A program made the translations under genes and the position numbers. The notes under the pieces were generated by a model. It was not told the DNA's origin and ran no database searches. It worked only from the letters and a program-made list of their open reading frames with translations. Below, piece by piece: positions 1-12,100 of a DNA stretch of 64,000 nucleotides (within the stretch, counting starts at the first letter, position 1; each line of letters opens with the position of its first letter). Source of the DNA: Raillietiella orientalis (lineage: Eukaryota); NCBI GenBank assembly GCA_036172245.1, contig JAYWIR010000011.1:3596001-3660000 (forward strand), in the 5' to 3' direction.

Positions 1-167
1 TTGGAGCAGCCTTTCAACTCCTTATCAAACTCAGCACGAACAGCGAATGTCTCCTGCCAATTCTAAGCTACCTGATGTCTCACGCAAAAACACTCATAGA
101 AGTCGAAACCACCAGCGTCAGCAGTATCTGCAAGAAGCTCTCTGCGCTGCTGAAGTCCATGATAAGT
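1..167 (+). CDS. PLCE1: PLC-epsilon-like exon 1 in window (5'-truncated, helical)
   Basis: Open frame [11 protein letters not shown]...[10 protein letters not shown]; donor GTACGT at 168, phase 0, matches the exon at 1119. Confidence 0.65.
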
Positions 168-3100
168 GTACGTAGTTTCTTCCTATATGTGTCCTTGGTT
201 GCCGTCGCAGTAACTGGGCAATCTCTGCTCAGTTGCCACGTGATGCAAAATGCTTCACGGGTGGAAACGATAACTGGTTGGCTTTCCCCAAACAGGTTTC
301 CGAAATGCCCGTGGATCCTCCAAAGATAATGGTGTGGAGTGTGTTGATGGCTGGTTCCTTTTCGGCGGCATCAGTCAAATGGGGTGCTAAACAGGGATTT
401 CTAAAAAAAAAAGACCTTGTTTAGCATAATGTTGTGATACTAAAGCAGTCCGCCGTATTGATGCTTCCCCCACACCCCACTCTGATCTGCATAAGATCAA
501 TTCATGTTCTGGAAGCATCTCCTCTCCCCGCCTCTTTACGTTTCCTTTTTTCAAAATTGAAGCAAATCCCAACTAGGACTTGCACTTCAGCTGTTCAAGG
601 ATTTTCTGTCTATTTTTTTTTTAGTTTTGCACTTGGGTAAATTTCCCAAGTACTCACTTTCGTTCCCAACCACCGCCTCCATGGGTCGCATCCTGGTGGT
701 GAGGGTAGGTGATGAAAGTCTGTTTACCGATCTCTTCTTCCGTTTGTCCCGCGGACCGGCCATCGGACAAGAGACTCCCAAGCCTATACCCTCATGCTCC
801 TCTATCTGGGCAAAAGACGGCATGCTCACTTTGCAAAAGGCCGTCGCAGTTCTGCATGCAGCGGAAGATCTTTGCTCCCTCGCTGCTCAGGGGTGCCAGT
901 TATTTGAGCGTGGGAGAGAGGAAAGAAAGCTGAAAAAGACCAAAAAAAAAAAAATGTGAGGAGTAGGGGATGCTTCTCGCCAAAGGACGCGATTGAACAA
1001 GCGCACTTTTCACGTCACTAAAAACAAAAAAAAAACAAACCCGGGGCAGTGACTGCCGTGACGCGCTCGTATCTGCTCGTCGACCCGTGCTGGGCTAACT
1101 CTCGGGTGTGTCATTCAGGTGAAGCACAAAGAGTTCCTGGCCGCCCCTGAGAAATCGGCGCAGAGCTTGGCCACCTTTCTGTCAGAGATGACCATTTACT
1201 GCTGCCAGATCTTGCAAGGGTCGCTGGACATGAAATTCACTGCGCTGGTCGTCCTCTGCGAGATGATCGACATCTGCAAGTCTTCGAGCATCTGCCAGCT
1301 GCCCTGCCCGCAGACGTGCTGCAGCGAAGACGGAACGCACAAAATGTACCGCATCGGGGCACTCGGTAGCTGGGTGGATCGCGTACTCTCCCCTCGGGTG
1401 CGTTTCCAGGAAGAAAGAAAGCCTGTCCGGCTACATCCGAGCCAGCTTTGACATCAGGAGGAAAGGTGACCTGGAATACCTGAAGCACCTGTCTCAGAAC
1501 AGCGGCTTCCCTCTCGAAGTGATGGACATGCGCGAAAGAATAGCAACTGAAAGGTCCGAACGTACTTTCGCAGGTTGAAAATTCAGTTTGGGTGGCTGAG
1601 CCAAACGTAAAGCGGATGTCGGATTTCTTTTGCAGGTGTCATCTGCAAGTACGGACCAGAGCTCATCGGCTGCCTGAGGGAAGTGCTGCCGCAGCAACCC
1701 GGACCTACGGGGAAAACGTGGTGGTGTCTTCCTTCCAGGCGGTATGGAAACCGGTGACAGGGTGATTCCTCGGAACGGGGGTCGCTGGCGCGAATGACCG
1801 AACGTAGGCGGCCGAGTCCAGCCGGAAAATCCGCCGTCCGGCCCGCGGCTCCAGGAGGCATTTCGAGAGGAATCCTTCGGGCGATTTCGCTTCCGTCTCC
1901 GAGAGCTGATCCCCGTGAGAGCTCCTTCGTCTCCATTGTGCGCACCAGAGAGGGGGGGGAGATGCGCGCGCGCGCTCTTGCGTCCATCCGCCCGTCCGGA
2001 CGCAGCATGAGGGCAGGGTGAGCGCGGCTTGCAATTTGCTTCTCGAGCCACGGGAGATCCCGCGCTCTTCCGGCTGCAGACCCGGAGACACGGAATCTTC
2101 CCGAGCCGCGGAACGACCGGGAGCGCGGATGAAAAACTGCGCCAGCGATCGGAGGGGAGCTTGGGCTCTGGCTCGCGTCGGCGGCCTTGTGGCACCGAGC
2201 GGCTGCGAGTTCGGATTTCACCCGGGAAAGGGTCGACTCCGAGAAATAGGGGGTGCGTCGTGGATTTTGAGTTCCCTTCCCCCGCAAGATGCCGCTTGTT
2301 GGGTGCGGCACTAGTGCAAGCCGAAAACCTCCGGATGCTTTCCTCGAATGTCAGGATTGGAAATATTTTCCAGGACATCAAGGAGCAGGAACCCTTCGAA
2401 GTCTCTCCCACCGGTTAGGAAAATGGGGTCTTTCCCCCGGGGAACCTTCCATCTCGTTCCACGGAGCTGGTGAGTTGGTGCCTCTCCAGAGTGTCAAGAA
2501 TTGCTCTGCTCCCTTCGGGGAATGAGCTTCAGAGAAATTGGGAAGTGTAGCTTCGGGGTTCTCTTGCGGATTCTCTCCAGAGAAGAGAAGCGATCCCCTC
2601 TGGTGGGGTTCCTCCGGAGACAACCAGGGAGAGGGTCATCTTCGAGGCTCGCTCTCGAGAGTGAGAGGAACTGGCTCTTTCCTCTGGAGCCTTCCTGGAT
2701 TCATAGGTTGGCCCCCTCCAGGGGTACTCCCTATCTTGGATGGTCAACACACACCACAATGGCGTGGAACCGTGTTCAAGAGCCTTGTGAGCCCTTAGGC
2801 AAACGGTTCTTGGGTACTTGGCAGACCAAAGAAAAGAAGAAAAAAAAGCCGGAAGGAAAGCAGCGAGACGGAAGAACTCGAAAGAATTTCCATCATTCCG
2901 TGCAGCAGAGGATTTCGGGTTCCGTGTTCTCCCTTCCTGTCCGCCCGAGACACGAGCTCGCCCACATGGGTCCTTCATGTGACTCGCGCGTCTGAAAAAC
3001 TGGCTTCAAGGTCAGCTAAAGGAACTAAGACGGAAGAGTCTGGGAATGGTGCCTGCTTTTCCTTTCGTTCAAACGGTAATCTGAGGAGCATTCGCGTTCG

Positions 3101-6100
3101 AAGAATGCAGTACCGGATGCAGTAGCGTCCAGGCCACACTCTCTTAGTCGTCGAGTCACCCCAGAAGGCCGACGACGACCTTTGGACGCTCGCGATGCTG
3201 AGACTCGAGCCAGCAGCTTGTACCGCAGGGGAGCAAACGCCGGCGCAGACAGGAAGGAAGGCGGAGGGTTCAAATCCTCGGGGGTCCGCTCAAGAGCAGC
3301 CACTTTCCGATGGCACCGCTCAAAGGCTTCACGAGAGGAGGTGGCGACGCCCTCAGACTGCTCCTTTGGAAAAGACCGCGCTTATCCGATGAACGCGCTG
3401 AGCTGCGCATGCGCACAAGTGCAAGCGCAAGCAGAGGGCGCGCGTGAGGGGAGGAGGGCAAGGAAATACGTCGGCCCCGAGAGGAAATCAGGAGTCGGGA
3501 GGGAGGGCTGCGTCCGCAAGAGAACTCTTTCCGCCTTGGAGGGCGAGGAGGGAGCCAATGCGTTTTCAAGTTCGATTCCAGGGGAGCGAGCAGTCGGAAG
3601 TCCAGACCGGGGGAACACGCGGGAGTACGGGAGCGCTCAAACTGCGGCAGCTTCCGAGGGGCTGCTGGGAGCGCGCGTTCCGATCATCAAAAGAAGAGAC
3701 ATTGGGAAGAATTGGCGGCACAGGCCACAGATTCCGTCTACTGAGAAGGGAGATTTTCCGGAGCGTCCATGGAGTGCAAGGCCATTGTCAGCTACAGCCA
3801 CCACTCTTCAAGTCACCGTACACGAAGGAAGAAGAGCCAAAGCCGCTCCTAGGAGCCGAAATCGACTCGAGTAGGGAGACGTGCCGTTCCGGGAAAAGAA
3901 ATCTTTCAGCATCAGCCCCAGCCGGCATCTAGGATGGTTCGGTTTTTCCGCTGGGAGGGCGCCCGAGAGACACTCGATTTAACCACGCAAGAGATTTTTC
4001 AGGAGGGTGCAAGCATTCTTTGAAGACCCCTTGGTCAAAGGTCCAGAAAGTAGCAGGTTCGGCGCCAGTCGGTAATCACGCAAAAGGGACGCACCACACC
4101 CCACAAGTCGAAGGTTCGCGGATACGGCGGCCGTTCCCGAACACTCACGGGGAAGGAGTGGGTGGGGGTGGAAAGGGCGGGTGGGGACTGCACTTAACGG
4201 CACAGCGGTTGTCAGTGACCTCTGCTCACACTTTTTCACAACGTCGCCAGCAGGAGGGAAGGAAGGAAAAGGGAACGAGGGAGGGAGTGGGCCGTTTCCA
4301 GCGGAACTCGCTTCCTTCTCCTCCTCCTATTCCTCCTTTTCCTCCTATGAGTTCGAAATTGGACTCGTCGAGTTCTTCCACTGCAGCCCGCTAGCACCAA
4401 GCGCACGAGCGGCCGGAAAATCAAAGGGGCGGGGAGGGGGACCGACTGGTTCGTCGCTCTGCGCGAGCGACAAATCATCCGGAAGTCCCGGTACACGGGA
4501 GCAGGGGAAATGAGAAGGGAGTGCTCGGAGGCAAATGAAACAGTGGGAGCCGCTGAGCGACGACAGAAGGAAAGAAGCAACGCGGACCCCCATCTCGCAG
4601 AGATGAGTGGGGTTATTTTGATGGATGGATGGGAAACTTCTCCCTTGTTCAGGCCGTCGAGAATCCAAATTGACCCTGTGCGGACGATTCCTCAGAGGGA
4701 GCGTTATCCTTTCGGGAGGGACTACCGCGAAAGAGGAAAGCGGGAACGTGATGATGCCCTCCCTGTCGTTTCATCTCCCGGGACGAGGGGGACCGAGGAA
4801 TTTCGTGCTTCTCGGCAGCGCCGCTTCCCGATGAGTCGCGCTACTTTGTGGGTGCCGTCTGGAAAGTGCGGACTCAAACTCGTCCGCTGCCTGAGGGGAG
4901 CGTTGCCGCAGCAACCCAGACCTAGGGGGAAAACGGGGTGGTGTCTTCCCTCCGAACGGTACGCAATCCGCAACGCCTCTTCCCGACGAGCAGCGCGATT
5001 TTGACCTTTTGAGTGCTGTGGAGGCACAGATGCGTCCGGCGAAAGCTTCAGCGTGCTCTATGAACTCATGCACGAGTCTGGCAGGCGTTTTTATCTTGCA
5101 CACGCGACTATAAGTTAACACTATCAATGTTTGAGACGGACTCATACACTCACATTCTCATCATTCCCTTGGCAACGACGATAGAAACAAAATTCTACTC
5201 ACATCTGCTAAATGTTCCCGGTTTTTCTCCGTGTTGCATATAATATGATTATATTGTCTTTCATCTTTGTGCTATCTCTTGAAAATGTGAATGAGTTATT
5301 GATTTATTCGAATTATATAATTTTTAAATAAATACTATATGTTTGGTAAGAATGAAGATATTTTCTTTCATGTGGGGTAAATAAGCAATTATAATGGTAA
5401 CTTTGACCAGCACTTCATATAGTCAGTTGGCACCTCGATGGAGTACGCGGCAATCCAAAGGGCAGTCCGCCCACGAAGGTCACCACAAAGACTTGTATGC
5501 TGTCGACACGGAATTTTGATGAGTTTCAATCTGATGAGCTCCGCACCCAAAGGGTTAAAGACCAGCTTCAGTTGTGGACCGTTTTCGCGAATGCCGTGGG
5601 CGCGCAGGCGAAGTCCCGTTCCCGCGCGCACGTCGCATTTAGTGCCCGGGGCTAGAGAGATGCCCATCCCTGTCTCCTTTGGGGTGCAGAGCTGCGAACT
5701 GCTCCGGCGTCCTAATGACGCGCTGAATTCTTCTCGGAGTTCCTGATCGCAAAATTGTCTTGGGCGGGAGTCATCTGCAATTCCTATTGATCTGCCCAGC
5801 GAACGCGAAATAGAGGGGACTCTTAGAGAGTCCAGGAAGCAAAGGTCACGAACGGCGGTTACCCGAGATGTTTTCCGATCTTCTCCGTTTGTAATATTGA
5901 TGGGAATCTGGAGTAGGGATAATTTTCTTTAAGATGGGATTCCGAGTAGCTCACTGTTCGTTATTTCCTAGCTCCATAAGCAGAACCGATCGACTAAACC
6001 ATTATTTAGTGAAAGGGAAGCTCGCAGAAAGTTCCCTAAAAAGGAATAGAAACCATTCATCGGGTCCAAGAATGAGCTGAAGGATGTGTTGGAAACCGGA

Positions 6101-9100
6101 ACCTCTTCCCAGGCACCGATGAACCAAACGCAAATAAGGAGGAGCCAGGAAGTTTCTATGAAGTCGAGATCGTGCATAGAAAAGTCTGGAAAGAGAACGA
6201 AGGGTCCCTGAGCGATGAAACTGCCATGTTGAGACGGTTGAAACATCCATATGTTGTTTAGCTAATTGGAGCTTCCGAAGGTTGCACCAGAGTTTCTCTT
6301 GAGACGTGACTCGTGACCGCGGCAAGCAGTTTGAACAAACTGGCGGAAGGAGATTCATGTGCTGAAAAGGATGCTGCAGATTTGATTAGGCAAGTGTTGG
6401 AAGCAGCAGCATATTCTTGCGTTCTCAGGGAGTTGTTTATCGGGATTTTAGGCTTGAGAATCGAGTACGTTGCGCTCGGGACGAAAATAGGAAGGTCGTC
6501 ATCATTGATTTCGGTTTGTCGAAAATTGAGGATTCCCGGTATCATGGCCACGGCATGTGGAGCTCCCGGATGCGTTGCTCCTGACTCAAAAGCCATTTGG
6601 GAAAGCTGCAGATGTGTGGTTCGTCGGAGTAAACTGTTCTTGCGTTCTTCTTTGTGGTTGTGCACCGTTCTGTGATGAAAACAATGCCGGTCCGTTCACC
6701 CAGATCTTGGCTGCGGAATTCGGATTTGCTGCTCCTTGCTGGGACGACATCTATGTGGCCGTGACAAAGACGCGCGTGAAACTCTCTCCTTGGCGGCTCG
6801 TGTGGCTGCGGTCTCCGCGATTGGTACCAAGAGCTGCGGGCTCGAATACTCGTACAGGAATCGACGCCGAGAAATGGGTGATTCCTTGCTTTCGAGCTCT
6901 CCTCTGAAGGATGGCACGCTGACTGGCCAACAGACTTTGGGTGTGGCACTGGTGGACTCAGAGGAAATGGGAAATAAGAGGCACGTTGACTGACCGGAAT
7001 TGGAAGTGGACCCTCCGGGATCCTTCTAGGAATCAAGGAGTTGGTTCCCTTCAGGGTTTCCCCCTCTGGTTGTGAAAATAAAGCGGTTCTCCTCTCCGCG
7101 TACCATGGAGCTGGAAAGGTTGCCTCTCCAGTACATCAAGAACTCGAGAAGCGTGATGCTCCCTTTGATGAGCACCCTTCAGAGAAGAGGTGCGTGGATG
7201 TGAACAAGCGTCGTCCTTGTCGGCAAGAGCCGCAGCATCTGTGGATCTGTGGCAATGGAAAGCATTCGCGACCGTGCATCGGATGGAGAAAAATTTTGCA
7301 TGGTCTTGGTGAAGCAGGTGTTTCATGCTGAAGCAGCGGCCTAGGAGACGCAGAGGCCGCCCGTAAACGGTCGTCCACGCACACCCAGCTCCAATCCGAA
7401 GAAAACAGAGATCCCAGCTTCTTCAGAGTCATCATGTGGGTTTGATGATTTTTTTGCCACAGTAACCTGCTTATATGCATCGATATTCCATTGTGGAGAA
7501 CATCATTGATTGATTATGGCTGATTATTATTGATTTAGTAGTCTTCTGAGGCCGAGGAAACCAACATGTCCATGTCAAGATACATGTATGGCTCCTTCTA
7601 TGGGTTTCATGGTCCACTTTAGGAAGCACCTTCAGGCCAGAGGATGTCGCGACAAAATCGAAAGAGCGTGCGCTCCGTCCCTCCTCCTGTTCAGATGCAA
7701 GAATCATGGATCCATACTTGATGGCAGTGCCGTGCATTTGGTTTGCTAGCTGCTGAACTCTGGCGTGGATCAGCCTGGAAAAGCTGTCTCAAAAAGTGGA
7801 CTATTCAAAGAACATGGGCTCCATTAAGCGCATCGTTTTCCTGCGCCTATAAAAGAATCAGGGATCGCGCCCAGATGATCACGCTCCATCCAGAAAGGGA
7901 AAAGGGAAGGATCTTCGGGAAGAACCAGAATATTGTAAAACGGTGCAATTCCCCTTTGGAGGTGCAATCAATGTCCACAGCCTCCGAGATGCTGTTCAGG
8001 GAGACGGTGATCAAGCAAGTGATTGATTTTTCATTCTCACAGCATCTGCCCTCAGATTCAGGGCACGAACGTATTATATCTCACCGTTCATGCGGGAAGA
8101 CAAAAAAAGATGGGAGTCTGTTTTTCTCCGGGAATCGTGGTCCTTTGTCATTCTGCTGAAATCCGTACACTTGCCTGAACAAGGCAATATCCAGAAAGGC
8201 TTTCTTCTGGAATTCTTGCAGCAATAATTATCCCAATTCGAGCCGTTAGGGCAGTCTTTCATGGATGTTTTGTATTTAGACCCTGAGGCTGTTTGAAAAA
8301 CTTTTAAAGACTTTGCGAAGGACGCAATCGCACCGACGGTTCTGCTCTACACTGATAGGAGCAGGAGCTACCGATATACGGCATGCCTCTTGGCAGCACG
8401 AACCGGTGGGCACGGTGGGGAAAATCGAGTTTTCTTGATCACTGATGTAGATCGGATCGCGGACCTAAAGCCCGGTTTCAAGTGAGAAGTGCGCAGGATC
8501 CCCACGTGTTCTGTTTTACGGGTATTGCGTTCAACGTGCATGCTTTTGTTTAAGTGGTTCAGCATCATTCTGTTGCTTCTGCTACTCACTTTGCTGTAGC
8601 AGCGTTGCCATGGTAAGTCGCTTCTGGCAGCAATGAACTAAGGGTTGAAACTGAATCCCTCAGGAATGAAAGCCAAATCGAATTTTTAAAAAGGGGGGCA
8701 AAACTTCTCAAGGTCACTCTGTCTCTCGAATCCACTTGAAACTGCGCCGTAACCCCGCAAGATCAAATGAGTACGAATACTTGCACGGTTTTGATGCAGA
8801 TGGGTGGATGATACGCAGAGCAGACTACTGCTGTGCTCCACCGTTACAATTAAGATGTACAAAATGATCGGTGGACCAGCAGGCAGCATAGACAAGAGTC
8901 ATAGCAGGCACCATCGAGTACCATATGGGACTTGATTGTGTCGCATCAGTATTTAATGATCGCGGCTTGTCATTTCCTCAGGAAGCCCTGCATTCAATGT
9001 GTCCCTGTAATAGCGTTACCTTGAAGTTATGGTGAATCACCGCCACGGATAATTCAGCTTCAACAGTGCTGCACAGCTCGCATCTCACAAATCACCATCC

Positions 9101-12100
9101 AGGAAAATCGAGCGAGATGAATTTCCAAATCGCTTCACCTCAAAGGAAAACCTACTCTAACAATTTTCTAGTCAGACCGCTGCCTCAATTTTGAGCGCTA
9201 AAGGGATAACGACAGTAGCAAGTGCGCGTGTCGATTTTGCTGACGTCTTCCCTTTGGGGGCTTTCCAAGGAGCCCACAATTACACTGATCAATTGATCCT
9301 TCGAAGTGGTGCTGGAGAACCAGTCCTCACACATCATGGTAAATCGAAGATGATGACAGGTGATCCTATGCACCCTCAATTGTAAGCTCACCATTACTGA
9401 GCACGGAATTGCATTGCTACTTTCCTGAAGTGAACGCTAACCTGGTCAGGTGACCTGACCTCTCGAGACGGTGCACGAAAAACCGCCCCAACATCTATGA
9501 TGACGTGTAAGGATCCTTACATTGTGAAGATGTAAGGAACCTTACAGGCCAGTTATTTTTCTAGACAGATACAAGAGTATTTGAGAACCGGGAAGCGATT
9601 GGGATGCGCTCGTATCAGGAGTCCTTCTCTGCTGTTTCTGCAATCTGACTTTCCCATTTTTTCTTTTTCCATCCAGGGTGAGAAGTTGCATTCATCACTG
9701 CGTGGCCACGATGAGCGCTCGCGTCCTACTGTTCCTGTCTGTCTTCAGCGACATGCAGCTGCTTTTCTTGCAGAAGGACAACCTCAAAGTCTTCTCCAAC
9801 ACCTTGGACTGCAACAATGATCCCGTGAGCGCGAAGGATGGAACGATGCTGACCATCACTTCCCGTTTTTCAGCTGCTGCTCATAATTATCTTGCAAATT
9901 TTCGGAATCCTTGCATTTCAACCGCAGAATCACGAGATTCTGTCCAGTCACGAGATCACAGATTGCATCATCCAGTTGATCCTACCCTCCGACGAGTATT
10001 ACTACACGAATCAAACCACCGAGTATTCCAAGATCATCAAGTATCATGCAGTGAGGATATTAGTGTACATTGGAGTGTACAATCGCTTGCAGCATCGGAT
10101 CTGCATCTTCGATCTGATAGGTAAACGAGATAAATCTTGCACTGTGAATGCGTGCTTGTGTGTTGCCCCTCGGGAACGGCTCCTGTTGGCACGGCATACA
10201 CCGTGTAGTGCATCTCCTTTTCGAACCGGTGGCGTTTCCTCCTAGAAGGAAACGCGGTGCTTGCGGGCTACTTCGTCAACAGAAGCGTGATGAATCGCCT
10301 AGAGCCGGAAGTCGACTTCATACGATGATTTTCTGACGACTGCGGAAACCGAAAGCGCTCGCTTAATGCAGAGGATTGACCAGGGGGGGGGGGGGGGAAG
10401 AAAACTCCTCCTCGCGTCTGGGAAGGAACCAGGGCAGTCATACCAAATCTCGAATTCTTCCTCCTCTTTGGTTCAAAACTCAGAAGCCTGCCTGTCTCGA
10501 TGGAAGCAGTTTGGCGGAGAACGTCCACCTAGCGCAGACGCACTACGCCAAATTGCTTTCGTCAATCGATACAGCAATCAAAAGCAACTCACAATAGGTT
10601 ATCTGATCCACAGAACTCTCGACGGCCTCATAACTACATCTTACCCTTCGAACAGCAGACAAACAGTATCAACCTCATATACCACTCATCCGAATCAACC
10701 CTCAGATACACCACCCACGCTCCCAGTACCAGCCTCAAAAAAAGCAACTCACAATAGGTTATCTGATCCACAGAACTCTCGATGGCCTCATAAATACATC
10801 TTACCCTTCGAACAGCAGATCAGTATCAACCTCATCAACCTCAAACAGCACCAACCTCATATACCACTCATCTGAATCAACTCTCAGATACACCACCCAC
10901 GCTCCCAGTGAGCTAGCAACCCTCCTCAAAGCTAGTAACCCATCTTACTACCAATACCATCTCATTACTGACAACATTCATTGCTCAGCAACTTTCAACC
11001 GTTCTGCAAAGGCTGCACGGAATGCGGAACGGGCCACGGTCTTTGTGCACTGGTTGCCTGGATTATATGGACGGAAGAACCTGGAATGGATCCTCAAGTC
11101 CCGCTCGTGCCTCCTGGAGGACTGCGAAGAAGGACGAGGCACTCAAGAAGGGAAATTTGTGGGTAACGAATTCAAGTCCATTCAGTCTTAAATGGCTTCG
11201 GTAATGAAGCTGGAAACTGGATGGCCGCACCATCAATGTAAGGACGGTTTCGACTCATCGGGAACTTGTCTGTTTCTTTGAGCCACATGCTCAGACAAAA
11301 GTCATGGTTCTAACCGCTCAAGGCAACCATTTAGGTGCTTCGTTCAGTTCGCTAAAGCGCTTTGAGAAACGGAGGGACGAATACTTTCTATTCCTTCCAT
11401 CTCAGCTTCTATTTCGCAGTCATCGGGTGTCATGTCAGTGACGAAAACAGCACGAGTCATTGTCGAGAATTGAATCTTCATGGTCTCTTCCGCGTGTCTC
11501 CTCCTGCAAGCTCATCTCACTGCTTCACTATTTCATCGCGAGAAACCACAGCAAGAACCTTTCTCATAGCAGAGAGGGTAGGGTCAAATTTCGTTCATGG
11601 GTCACTTGCTTTCCCATCCGAGGTTTTCGAAATTCGTGTCGAAGTAGTTGATCACTCAGCTGATCCTGTAGGGAAGGAAAGAAACGCAAGGCTACGGCTG
11701 GAGTTCCCCAGCTCTGCAAAGACCCATTTGTTGACAGATCAACGAAGACAGTGGATAACCACGTGGTCATGAAGAGGAAAACCACCTAAGCTTTGAAAGA
11801 TCCCGGGTGCTCACGAGCGAGAGACACTCGATTTAACCACGCAAGAGATTTTTCAGGAGGGTGCAAGCATTCTTTGAGGACCCCTTGGTCAAAGGTCCAG
11901 AAAGTAGCAGGTTCGGCGCCAGTCGGTAATCACGCAAAAGGGACACCACACCCCACAAGTCGAAGGTTCGCGGATACGGCGGCCGTTCCCGAACACTCAC
12001 TCATTCAGGCTTTAGCGCGTTGAGTCGTGTAGCCTCACTTGTCAGGGTAAGCTGTTCAGGAAGAAGGCTGCGAGCGTTCCTCTGACTTGCGATGCCGTCC

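Noticed and set aside
627..959. 110-aa ORF as an additional PLC exon
   Set aside because: I found no phase-compatible donor, and exon 1-167 already joins 1119 in frame.
1494..2411. 305-aa minus-strand ORF and overlapping GC-rich ORFs
   Set aside because: Antisense to exons and a SINE; Arg/Ser/Pro-rich shadow ORFs with no motif.
5525..5600. CTGATGAG as a hammerhead ribozyme core (also near 63165 and 63395 on the minus strand)
   Set aside because: No stem II closed by GAAA and no stem I/III pairing.
10581..10908. CRISPR-like array
   Set aside because: Only two long tandem units, no unique spacers, and a eukaryotic context.
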